DNA of 64,000 bases, taken from positions 33,294,001 to 33,358,000 of the forward strand of contig OX597816.1 of NCBI GenBank assembly GCA_951406725.2. Direction: 5' to 3'. The notes below the pieces were generated by a model. It had not been told where the DNA came from. It made no database searches and saw nothing but the letters and a program-made list of their open reading frames with translations. This document shows, one piece after another, positions 14,212-26,687 of this stretch; within the stretch, counting starts at the first letter, position 1, and every line of letters begins with the position of its first letter. Source of the stretch: Octopus vulgaris (Eukaryota). Position numbers and translations under genes: made by a program.

Positions 14212-14415
14212 GAAAGCAGAAAATGCACCTTCTAAATGTTGTTAGGTGGATGGTGCTAGGAAGAACATCTAGCCATGAAGTACCAAGAGATACTGGAGCT
14301 TGATGCAGTTAACAAAACCCTTGGATCTCATCAAACTCTCCCATTCATGCCAGTACGGAAGCACTGGAAATTAAAATATGATGATAATTTATACATATAT
14401 ATGTATATGATATAC

Positions 14416-14481
<66 letters not shown>

Positions 14482-14833
14482 CGGACACACATATATACAT
14501 ACATACACACTACATTTATGTAACAATAATTATATACAAATCTAAACATAAAATATGTAATATATATGTATATATATATGTGTATATATATATATATATA
14601 TCTATATTTATATCTATATTGGAGATGTACTTGCATAGCAAGTGACCTGATCAGAGATCGTGTGCTGGAAGAAAAACAATTGCAGTGTGGAAGGTGTTTA
14701 TAAGCCTTTTAAGAAATACACAAAAATGTTGAAGTGAATCTAACGGATTTCGTGTGTTTCTTAAATGTGCAGATAAACCCAGCACCTTTTCTGAGCTACA
14801 CCATCGGCTCTCGAGATGGACGAATGCCGACGG

Positions 14834-14875
<42 letters not shown>

Positions 14876-16198
14876 GCGCGTGAGTGCACACATGCACACA
14901 CACACAGAGCATGGACTTCTTTCAATTTCGACTCACAAGTTTTTAGTTGGCTTGAGGCTACAGTAGAAGACACTTGCCCATGGTGCCACACAGTGGGACT
15001 GAACAAACTTCTTCATCACACAACCACACCTAAATATCTCATAATTTATATCTTCATATAACCAGTGTTTTATTATATATGTATGTATATAAGTATGTAT
15101 TTATGTATATATTATGCACATTATTAATCATCCAATTAAATAGAATTGCTTATAATGATAGTTTATTTCCTCCTGTTACTTATTGAAAGAGCTACAGTCT
15201 AATGCAGATTAGCCTTGATTAAATAGACTAAGTGATCAAATGCACACCAGCTGCGATTTCCTCATTTTCTTACACCATAATCTTGGATTATATTCTCTAA
15301 TGTATCCTGCATTTTCTTAAGATAGTAGAATGTACTTTGAGAGGAATTTGTCTATGATTTCCATCAGGTTAAGAGGTTATGCTGCCTGGTTAATAGCATT
15401 CTAGTTGCTTCATTAATGGTATATGTTTAACAATTTTGTTGCTATATGTATACTGAAATACTCCACATTTTCCCAATTAATTTTGAAAATCATGTAATAA
15501 TTAGTAAAATAAAATTGTCATAATTTAATCTGGTGATCGGAATATAAATTTACATGGAATTTTAAAGGAAGGTTTTAATTTAGTTCATTTTAAAGTAATG
15601 ACATTTTATCATTGAGCCAGGGTTGGTTTCAAGTGGTTTAGTATCATAAGAGTTAATATCACATTACTGAACTGACTATCAGGCACTAACTAAAAGCCTT
15701 GTCTTCTAAGGTTACTATAACAGGAAAATGAAGGAGCTTCTTTGTGATCATTTTTCCTGCTAGAAATAGCTGTCAAAGCTTGCTTCCTAACATCTTGAAA
15801 ATCAATATTGAATAATATTTTAGATACATAATGTCAAAGAATAGGAGTGTGTACTCATGATGGGCTCTCTGTTAAATATTAGGGCCATCTACATCGATGT
15901 TGGTCTCATGTTAAACTATAATGACTTATTGCAAAGGACTTTAATATGAGAGGAATTATGGATTATAAAAAAATATATGACATTTGATTCTAACATCTGT
16001 TAAGAATTCATTTGGGAGAATAGACGTTATCTTAGTGATTTGCACTTTTTACTCATTTGAAGACAAATGTTTTTTTATGGTGAACCAATAACAACTTTCC
16101 ATGACATTGTTGGATTTGCTAAATACGGTTCCTATTTTGGTAATGATTCAAAGATATTTTCTAGGTATTAATTAGTTTTACCAAATATATTAACAGAC

Positions 16199-16540
16199 AG
16201 GTGCAGGAGTGGCTGTGTGGTAAGTAGCTTGCTTACCAACCACATGGTTCCGGGCTGAGTCCCACTGCGTGGCACCTTGTGAGTGGATTTAGTAGATGGA
16301 AACTGAAAGAAGCCCGTCGTATATATATATGTATATATTTGTGTGTCTGTGTTTGTTCTCCCAGCATCGCTTGACAACCGATGCTGGTGTGTTTACATCC
16401 CCATCATTTAGCGGTTTGGCAAGGGAGACTGATAGAATAAGTACTAGGCTTACAACGAATAAATCCTGGGGTTGATTTGTTCAACTAAAGGCGGTGCTCC
16501 AGCATGGTTGCAGTCAAATGACTGAAACAAATAAAAAAAA
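16199..16540 (+). mobile_element. tRNA-derived SINE, family B (internal (TA)n tract), internally deleted copy
   Basis: gcaggagtggctgtgtggtaagtagcttgcttaccaaccacatggttccggg...ggcggtgctccagcatggttgcagtcaaatgactgaaacaa. Near-identical to 18899-19290 except that it lacks the gggcaagtgtcttctactatagcc segment. Confidence 0.85.
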
Positions 16541-16582
16541 AGAAAGAAAGACACCTTAAGATTATGATCCATATCTGAGAAA

Positions 16583-16905
16583 ACTAACTGAAGAGTTACA
16601 AAATCATGCTCAAAGATAACCCATACTTGACTGAGGTTCGTAAACATTTAGCTGAGGGAAACCTACACCTAACAGAAGGTTACCAGCATTTGATTATAGA
16701 AGGGTAACCAACACTAGTAGCATCTGATTGGGGATAACAAAAACTTGACTGGGGCAACCAAAACCTAACTGGGGCAACAAACACTTGGTTGAGAGTAACA
16801 AACGTGATTACAGAAAATCAAATCTTGATTGAAGGTAACCAACACATGACTGAGGATAACCATCAATTCATTGAGAAAAAACAATACCTGATTGATGTCA
16901 CCAAT
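16583..16905 (+). repeat. Degenerate ~21-bp minisatellite (consensus about CTTGACTGAGGGTAACCAACA)
   Basis: About 14 diverged units, e.g. ttgactgaggttcgtaaacat, ttagctgagggaaacctacac, ctaacagaaggttaccagcat, ttgattgaaggtaaccaacac, atgactgaggataaccatcaa. Confidence 0.75.
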
Positions 16906-17648
16906 GGCATAAACAATAGCTGAAATTACAATCACAGTGCTAGCATATATATTTTTGAGTAGTTTATTAAAAACAATGTCCAGAACTCGAACTAAATCTC
17001 AGACTTTGTTTTAAATTGATTTGATTTGCTTGAATTTATACTAGATTTTATTACATTATGTTTTAAAGGAGATTTGCTGAAATTTTACTTACAGTATATT
17101 TCAATGTGTATTAAGTATGTCAATGTCATTCACTATACTTCTCCTCCTCTTCCTTCTTCTCCTCCTTATCTCCCTGTTCATCCTTCTTCTCATCATCATA
17201 ATAATACTATTCTTCTTACCTATTTCCCAATCACCACCACCACCTACATAAAATCCTGATATCTATTCTCTTCCTCCTTCTTTGTTTTTAATATTTCCTT
17301 ACCTTACCACAGTTTGTATGATGCCTTTTTACTATGAAACAAACTTGGTATTTGTTGTCTTTTCCTCTACTCATTTCAGCTATCTTACTCTATTACTTGA
17401 AATTATTCTTTACAGACTTGCAAGTGTAGTACTCATGACTATTTGACAAGATCTGCAAAAATGTACTGAGGTAAATAATTACCACTGACTAATACTTGCA
17501 ACAAAGTGGACCCAAAATGCACTAATAGTGCACCCAAGTAGTGCTAATCTAGGTGACTAATTTTTTCTTATCCTGGGTACACACTGGACATGGGAACAAT
17601 TTTTCGTTAACAAATTCTATTTGAAAGTTATCGATTAATTGGAGGCTT

Positions 17649-18222
17649 GGTAGAAGACACATACTCAAGTTTCTGTGCAGTTCATCAAACTGAGAAGGAT
17701 GTAGTGTTGAAGTGAATATCATAATCATATGGTCATGAATTGAGTCTGTATTAGACCATAAGAAAATCAAATGATTTTTTTCATGACACATTATAAATAG
17801 GATGATAAGAATAAATTCTAAATGGAATCATGTGAATGTAAGGGAACCTTTCTAACCATACTGCACTTTAAATAAACCATACCTTGTTCATGTATCAGAA
17901 GAAGACATGATGTTGGGCATTTGTTATGATTTGATAGAAGATACATACTCAAGGTTCTGTGCAGTTTGTCAAACTGAGAAGGATGTAGTGTTGAAGTGAA
18001 TATCATAATGATATGGTAATGAATTCAGTCTGTATTAGACCATAAGAGAACCAAATGATTTATTTTCATGATACATTACAAATAGAATGATAAGAATAAA
18101 TTCTAACTGGTATCATGTGATTGTAAGGGAAACTTTCTAACCATACAGCCATACACGCACTTTAAATAAACTATACCTTGTTCATGTATCACGAGACACG
18201 ATGTTGGGCATTTGTTATGATT
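17649..18222 (+). repeat. Tandem duplication of ~283-291 bp unique sequence
   Basis: Copy 1 (about 17649-17931) and copy 2 (about 17932-18222) both run tagaagaYacatactcaag...aaactgagaaggatgtagtgttgaagtgaatatcataat...tgttgggcatttgttatgattt, with scattered substitutions. Confidence 0.9.
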
Positions 18223-18898
18223 TAAATCTAATACTACCCTCGGATGTGCAATTAGTACTTAGGAAAAATATTGAAATGCTTCTTTAACAATAAAACTTTA
18301 GATATTTTCCATCTTATTCCAAGCTCACCATTGTAAACTAATGAGGAAGAAACAATATTATAGCCGATTTCTTCAGTTTTAATGCTTTTATTTATTTATT
18401 TGTTTATTTTTTCCAAATATTAAAATACTGTTTTTAATTGTCAATATATTTTGCAGACAGGCATATATAAACATATGTACATACAGATAGACACATGAGT
18501 ACACACATAAACAGATAAATGCACATATAAGCACACACACATATATGAATATAGATAAATGCACACATATGTACATATACACACAGATAAAGAAATGCAT
18601 ACATACATACATTCACACAGATAAATGCACACATATACACAAGTATGTGCACAAATACACACATATATTCAAATACCTATAAACAGACAGACACACACAA
18701 TCATGCACACTTAAACACACACAAATACACACAAATGCACATATACATACAGATAATGACACAGAAGTACACCACATTGAGAGATAATTTTATTAAAGTT
18801 TGACAGATACTTAAACATATATGAATAAATACATTAGACACTCATATACACACATTTGCACATATATTCAAAAACCATCTTGCTCTCATCTTTTTCAT

Positions 18899-19290
18899 TG
18901 CAGTGGCTGTGTGGTAAGTAGCTTGCTTACCAACCACATGGTTCCGGGTTCAGTCCCACTGCATGGCACCTTGGGCAAGTGTCTTCTACTATAGCCTCGG
19001 GCCAACCAGAGCCTTGTGAGTGGATTTGGTAGATGGAAACTGAAAGAAGCCCATCGTATATATGTATATATATGTGTGTGTATATGTTTGTGTGTCTGTG
19101 TTTGTCCCCACAACATCGCTTGACAACCGATGCTGGTGTGTTTACGTCCCCGTAACTTAGCGGTTTGGCAAAAGAGACCAATAGAATAAGTTCTAGGCTT
19201 ACAAAGAATAAGTCCAGGGGTCGATTTGCTCGACTAAAGGCGGTGCTCCAGGATTGTCACAGTCAAAATGACTGAAGCAAGTAAAAGAGT
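18899..19290 (+). mobile_element. tRNA-derived SINE, family B, near full length
   Basis: tRNA-like head, CORE-like ggcaccttgggcaagtgtcttctactatagcc, internal (TA)n/(TG)n tract and tail ...gactgaagcaagtaaaagagt. Reverse copies at 29098-29547, 33010-33440, 53385-53675 and 63867-64000. Confidence 0.85.
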
Positions 19291-19469
19291 ATACAAGTAC
19301 CAACAAGCAAGTCATGATGTGGTTGTGCAGCTTGATATGAATAGTAGCAAAATCTCCTTCAAATAAAACACCACCTTTCTTTGTGAAAGAGACATTGGAT
19401 AACGTAGTTCTGAATCTAAGTTCCCAGCAAATTGGTCAAACATGAGATGACCATGGCTAGAATGCCTTT

Positions 19470-20034
19470 CCGAGAAAGATCTCCTTGGTGACCAAAGGGC
19501 AAATCTACCAGGCTGTTGTTCGTACTATCTTCCTCTATGGTTGTGAAACATGGCCTATGAGGGTAGTCGATCAGCGAAGGCTGGAGGTGTTTGACAATGA
19601 CTGATTTCACCACAGTCTTCGCTGCCGACACATTGATTGGGTTCCAACAGTCGGTCTTCATGATCGCCTGATTCTCCAGCCCCTCCCTTCAGTGCTTCTA
19701 CAACGGTGCTTAAGGTAGTTTGGTCATGCAGCCCAGCATCCAGAAGGTGAGCTGATTTGCGATGTCTTCCTCCCACCTCCACTTCCCAACTGGCGCAAAC
19801 ACACTGCGGGCAGCTGAAGACCTGGGCAACGACGATAAAGGAGGACCTCTCTGAACTCTCAGGTCTGCAGGTGGTTGGTCTGCGCAGATGGAACTGCGAA
19901 TGGCTCACTATCTCCAGTGACCTCGCACAGGACCATTGAGCGGGGGCCGACATGGTTCCTGATTCTGTCAGGAATAGAGAAGAAGCTGGCTCAATCCGCC
20001 CTGGGTGAACGCCATCACAAGTACAAGTAAGTAT
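19470..20034 (+). mobile_element. 5'-truncated RTE-clade LINE
   Basis: TKGQIYQAVVRTIFLYGCETWPMRVVDQRRLEVFDND is a typical RTE ORF segment. It has a (CAAGTA)n tail at 20018-20033 and a TSD GAATGCCTTT (19460-19469) / GAATACCTTT (20035-20044). Confidence 0.9.
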
Positions 20035-20767
20035 GAATACCTTTGGTCATTATCCAATAATATTAGAACTGTCTGCAGATGAGCTAAATAACAATGCTTA
20101 CAGACACATAGACTGGCGCACTCATATACACATATACAAAAACTGCCGCTCACAAACAGACCAACATTTGTAATACAGTACTATACACAGGACAATATAT
20201 ACTGCATTTTATAAACTATATACAGTACCATAGAAGACAGACATACAGAAATATATTTTGTGAGTAAGATAGTCAGTCAGTTGGATTTCCTTAAACCAAT
20301 CTCTAACACAATTAAAATATCAAACTCTAGGATTTAAACACTACATTTTAAATAAGAGACAATGATGAGAATAAAGTCACTCCAAATGCTAGAAATAGCA
20401 TCTGTATTTCCTTCAAATCAGAAGCTATGATTTTATAAAAGACATGTAGTATGTAGTCCAAGATACATGTATACACAAAAAAGGAATTTGTCATGGATGG
20501 ATTGCATTTAATCTTGTATGTTTGTTGTATATGCCAGCATGGCTGAGTGGTGAAAGGTTTGCTTCCCAATCTCATGATTTCAGGTTCAGTTCCACTAAAG
20601 TGTACCTTGAGCATGTATAGTATTCACTAACACTAGGCTGACAACAATCCAGCGAGTATCTTTGAAAGAGAGAAACTGATAGGAGTCAGTTTTACACATA
20701 CACACACACGTGTGCATGCACGGACACACATGCATGCACACGCACACACAAATACTCACATATATAA

Positions 20768-20830
<63 letters not shown>

Positions 20831-21289
20831 TATATTTATATTTGAATGTGTATATATTTATATGTATATATGTGTGTATTTGTGTGAGTTATGTGTATGT
20901 GCTTGTATATATATATATGTGTGTGTGTGTATATATATATATAGACAGACAGACAGACAGATAGATAGCTACATAGATAAATAGACAGAGTGACAGATGG
21001 ATATGTGTATGTGTGTGCATGTTTTATTGTCTCCTTGGCTTGACATTGTTTGATATTTGTAAATGATGGTTATCATAATACATATGGTCTCCTACATTGT
21101 TTCCATTCTTCCTTAATTGCATGTTTGTTCATGAGGAAATGTTACCGTATTTTGAAACTGGTGATGGTTGATGACAGGAAGGTCATCCAACGATAGAATA
21201 TCAGTTCCAAATGTTGCATTTGACACATGTGAAGAGCATTGGAAAGGACATGAAAATGTTGATGATGGTGGCTGTATATGTATACACAC

Positions 21290-21360
<71 letters not shown>

Positions 21361-21403
21361 ATTATAATTATTATTTTTATATTTTGGTATATTAACTTTC
21401 AGT

Positions 21404-21655
21404 GGAGGCATGTGGCTTAGTGGTTAGGGTGTCAGCATCATGATCATAAGATTGTGGTTTTGATTCCTGGACCGGGGTGACACGCTGTGTTTGTGAGCAA
21501 AACACTTCATTTCACGTTGCTCCAGTCCACTCAGCTGGTAAAAAAATGAGTAACGCTGTGATGGACTGGCATCCTGTCCAGCTGGTGAACACATACACCA
21601 TAGAAACCAGGAAACCGGGCCCATGAGTCTGGCTAGGCTTTAAAAGGGTGCATTT
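21404..21655 (+). mobile_element. tRNA-derived SINE, family A variant
   Basis: Head ggaggcatgtggcttagtggttagggtgtcagc...ggttttgattcctggaccggg. It shares the 3' part gatggactggcatcctgtccagctgg...ggaaaccgggcccatgag with 41968-42273. Confidence 0.8.
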
Positions 21656-22994
21656 ATTTTATTTATTATATTAACTTTCACTACCTTTCTAAATCTGTTC
21701 TTATCTTTTGGCGATATGAAAGCTGATTACTTAGTTCCTTTGGTTATTCCTGATTGATTTCTACACTCATATCATCAACAGCAGTATAGTGTGTAATTGA
21801 ATAATTGTTTTTCGTTTTGGGATTTGGTTTGCATAATTCTTTATATGAGTTTGTGTGTTGAAGCATATACTGTTATGTCTGGGGAGAGTCATTTTCTTTT
21901 TGTGCTTTATAATGTAACAGACTCACCAGTAAAATTTTCACTTATTTCTTATTTTTATTTTCCTAAAATTTTCATTGCATCTTGCAACCTTTTCATTAGT
22001 CTCGACTCTTTTATTGAAAATGTTGCAAGATGCAAGGAAAATTTTTGGAAAATAAAAATAAGAAATAAGTGGAAATTTTACCGGTGTGTGTTAAATTCTA
22101 GTCACAAGGCCCGAAATTTGGGGGATGGGATCTGTTGATTAGATATACTCAAGTACACAGCTGATACTTAATTTATCGACCCTGAAAGGATGAAAGGCAA
22201 AGTCGACCTCGGCGGAATTTAAACCCAGAACGTAAAGACAGACGAAACACCACTAAGCATTTCGCCTGATGTGCTATTGTTTCTGCCAGCTCAAGGCACA
22301 AAAAGAAAATGACTCTCCCCAGACACAACTGAATAGTTGTCTTTATTCAACATTGGCTGATGAAGTGACAATATTTCACATGGTCAAATTGTTGGAAATA
22401 TTTCATACATTCTTTATGTTGTAAGTCTGAGGTCCTGTATTTAATGTCTCTTCAGTTTATATAAAGCTATAGCACTGACGACTCACTGAATCACTGTGCA
22501 TTCTTAGTGATTAAATATCTTGTGAAAATGAATATTTTCCTACAGAGATTTATGCACATCTCTTTGCTCTGTGCATATGTGTGGCCCAATATTTCAAGTG
22601 GTTGTGGGTTTGATCTCTGGACTGTGATCTTGTGCAAAATATTTATTCCCTTATGGATATGTGATCATTTTGACACGAGATATGGAATACCATGCATCTC
22701 AGGGGCCAATATTGATTTGATGAAGGGAGTGAGCTTAAGTGCTGCACAAATATTTGATCACTATGAAAGAATATTATCTGTACAGGTTGTTCAGCAATAA
22801 ATTGCAGAATGCTCATTCTCTGATAGAAAAAAACAACAACCTGTTATGTATATGTGTGTATGTGAGCATGTGTGTGTGTGTATGTGCATGTGTGTATGTG
22901 TGTGTATTGAATGCAATACTGTGATAGCAAAAATGGTATTCTTTCAGGTTTCCTATTTTCTGTTGCTTTCCACCCTCCCACACTCTCTCTTTCT

Positions 22995-23520
<526 letters not shown>

Positions 23521-23929
23521 ATGTATATACACAAGCATATAAGTATAGTTACAGACCTGGAAAGTAAGTAACAACCTAAAAAATAGCGCAAATACCTCAG
23601 TACAGGTAATAAATATATATACCCCCACAGAAAATTTAGTTGCTGGGCAAGCATCTAAGCATAACTTCTATAAATAGATATATATTGGTCTTGGATGACT
23701 CATGCTTTCCAATGCATTTTAATGGGTTTTCACACAGAGCTGGCAAGGTTTTCATATATAGCTTAGAATCCAATTGGAAGTATTCAGGAAATTTTTTTCT
23801 TTCATCTCTCTCTCTCTCTCTCTCTCTCTTTCTTCTTACATATTTGTTTCTGTGTGTGCATGTGCTGGTCTCTATGCAAATACTTCTATACAGTAAGATA
23901 CATTTTCATTGTTATATGTATATATATAA

Positions 23930-23974
<45 letters not shown>

Positions 23975-24337
23975 GTATATGTATGTATATATGCAAATCT
24001 GTATCTATATTTGCAAATATTCATACATATATAAATGTGTGTGTGTGTGAGTGTGTGTGTGTGTTTATGTGTGTGTGTGTATGTGTGCATAGTGTTAATG
24101 TTTGTCTTTATGTTCAGTTTTAAAGAAAACAAATTTATATTAATCTGATGGGTAACTATAAACTTTTGTAGAGTACAAATTTATTATTTCTAAACAAGAA
24201 TACTATAGACAGGGACTTCGAAGTTATGGCTATTCAAAGCATCATACAACTGCAGTTCAATGATAGTTTAACTGCCTAAATCTTCAAAGTCACTTGTAAT
24301 ATCATAAATTTAAGTGTAATACATATATATATGTATG

Positions 24338-24391
<54 letters not shown>

Positions 24392-24398
24392 CATATGC

Positions 24399-24431
<33 letters not shown>

Positions 24432-25421
24432 GTCTAAATCTTCAGTGATATGCAACCTGATTACTAGGGTTTTTCTTCATTACATGAACATAAATTACAT
24501 ATATATGTATATATATTTACATACACACATACATGTGTATACATACTTATATACATATGTTTTTTGTGTGTGTTTTTGTGTGTCTGTTTGTGTGTCTAAC
24601 CAACCAACCCAACATTTAATGTCCATTTTCTATGCTGGCATAGGTTAGGTGCTTTGATATGATCCAGTGACCCATAGAAAAGACGTGATGGCATCTAAGT
24701 ATTTTTACTATCAAATTTTAATGTCTCCTTAGAATCATAATATACAGGAAAAAGAAATACCAAACAATCATTAATTGAAAAGATTGAACATGAACATTTG
24801 TGTTTATTAGTCAGCTGTTTATATTCTGTTCACTTTTCCATGCTAGCTTTTGTACAACCAAAACTAAGTGAGGCTTTCATTTACAGTTGGATGCTCTTCC
24901 TGTTACTAGCACTTAACTGTTTTAAGTAAAAGAAATGATTTTATATTTTTAACTGATCTCCTCAAGATAATTGTTTCCAAGGAATGTAAAAATAACATCT
25001 ATTCTTTACTCAGATTGTGTCATGCATAGACATGCAGATAATATTCACATGCACTGACGAAAGCACATATACACACACACACATATATATATATATACAA
25101 ACAAATAAACGTATATATCTAAAAACACACACACACATACACAAGCAAATGCATGCACACCCAAATGTAACAGGTTTTATACAGCTTCGGTCTACCAATT
25201 TCAGTTACAAAGAATAAACTCAACGCAATTGAAGAAGACATGGTGTCATACACTGGGATAAGAACCCTGACCCACAAGATTATGGTGCAAAAACCTGCAC
25301 CAATATAACCATGCATATCCTATACCATACCTTGCATTTTATACATATATGTGTGTGAATGCACATTACATATGTACATGCATATTCTATTATTATTATT
25401 ATTGTTATTATTATTATTATT

Positions 25422-25738
25422 CATTAGTTTTATTTCTATAGCGTGCTTTCACTTCACTACCGAGTGCAGCTCTGTGTGCCTTGGGTATGTGCTGTGATTT
25501 GTTGTGATGCTCTGATGGTTACTGTATGGAAAGTGTTCTGCATAGGATGTGTGCAGTGCCTAATAATGCAATTTATCTGTATGTTATATGTGTTTGTACG
25601 TCCTGGTGTTTTTGTTATGTATTTGTCTGAATATTTTTCTATCATGCCTAATGCACCTACTATGATAGGAATTGTTTCTGTTTTTAGATTCCGCATTCTA
25701 GTTACCTGTATTTCCAGGTCTTTGTGTTTTGAAAGATT
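25422..25738 (-). mobile_element. 5'-truncated R4/Dong-type RLE non-LTR retrotransposon inside a (TAA)n microsatellite
   Basis: LSKHKDLEIQVTRMRNLKTETIPIIVGALGMIEKYSDKYITKTPG matches the RLE C-terminus K..KY.DL..E..RMW......PI.VGALG. It is flanked on both sides by (TAT)n at 25388-25421 and 25739-25860. Confidence 0.85.
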
Positions 25739-25745
25739 GTTATTA

Positions 25746-25807
<62 letters not shown>

Positions 25808-25829
25808 GTTGTTGTTGTTGTTGTTGTTA

Positions 25830-25860
<31 letters not shown>

Positions 25861-26634
25861 GATCACTAAGGTGGCAAGGTGAGCACATCGGACAAAATGC
25901 TCAGTGGCATTTCTTCCGTCTTTTCACTCAAATGCTGTTGGGGTCGAATATACCTTTCATCCATCCCATCTGGGAATCTACAAAAGTAGCAGTTAGAACA
26001 CTAAGGTTGATCTTATGAAGTTGCTGTCCCCTCACCACAAAATCTCAGGCTTTGTGCATATAGTAGAAAAGATTATTGTTGTTGCTGTTAAGGCTGTTGT
26101 TATTATTATCATGTAAAGGGCATAGATATTCTATTATGCTGGAGCCTCCCGGCCATCCTAAAACTGAATGGATTCCATTATAAGCCTTTGGTGTTGTAGC
26201 TGGTGTAGTAAGCATTACATACCTATTTATACATACATACATCAATTCTTCAAGTTAGCAAAAGTTCTTTGTGTCTCTGCAGATGACTCTCATTTAGTGA
26301 CAGCGATGTTTCCTTAATCTCATTCTTTACCAAAGTATTAAGAATCAAGTCTCCACTGTTGCTCTTAATCTCACCTCTAAATTCCTGTTGCATCTCTAAT
26401 CAGTCACAGTGTTATTCTTACACACACACACACACACACATACATACATACACATGTATGCACATATATACATGCTTGTGTATCTAATGCTGTATTTACT
26501 GACATATGTATTCATATACACCGATATATCAGACAGAGCTACATTTTAATACCACCTTTCCCAGGTAAACTATATATCTTATTTTACATTATACATGCTT
26601 ACTGCTGTGTGATTGTGCATGTTTAATGTATATC

Positions 26635-26687
<53 letters not shown>

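Noticed and set aside
16583-16905. CRISPR-like periodic repeats
   Set aside because: The units are contiguous diverged 21-mers with no unique spacers, the context is eukaryotic, and there are no cas genes.
17416-17470. 55-nt segment with strong splice signals (tctttacag|...GAG|gtaaat)
   Set aside because: All three frames contain a stop. It could be a non-coding or terminal exon but is unsupported.
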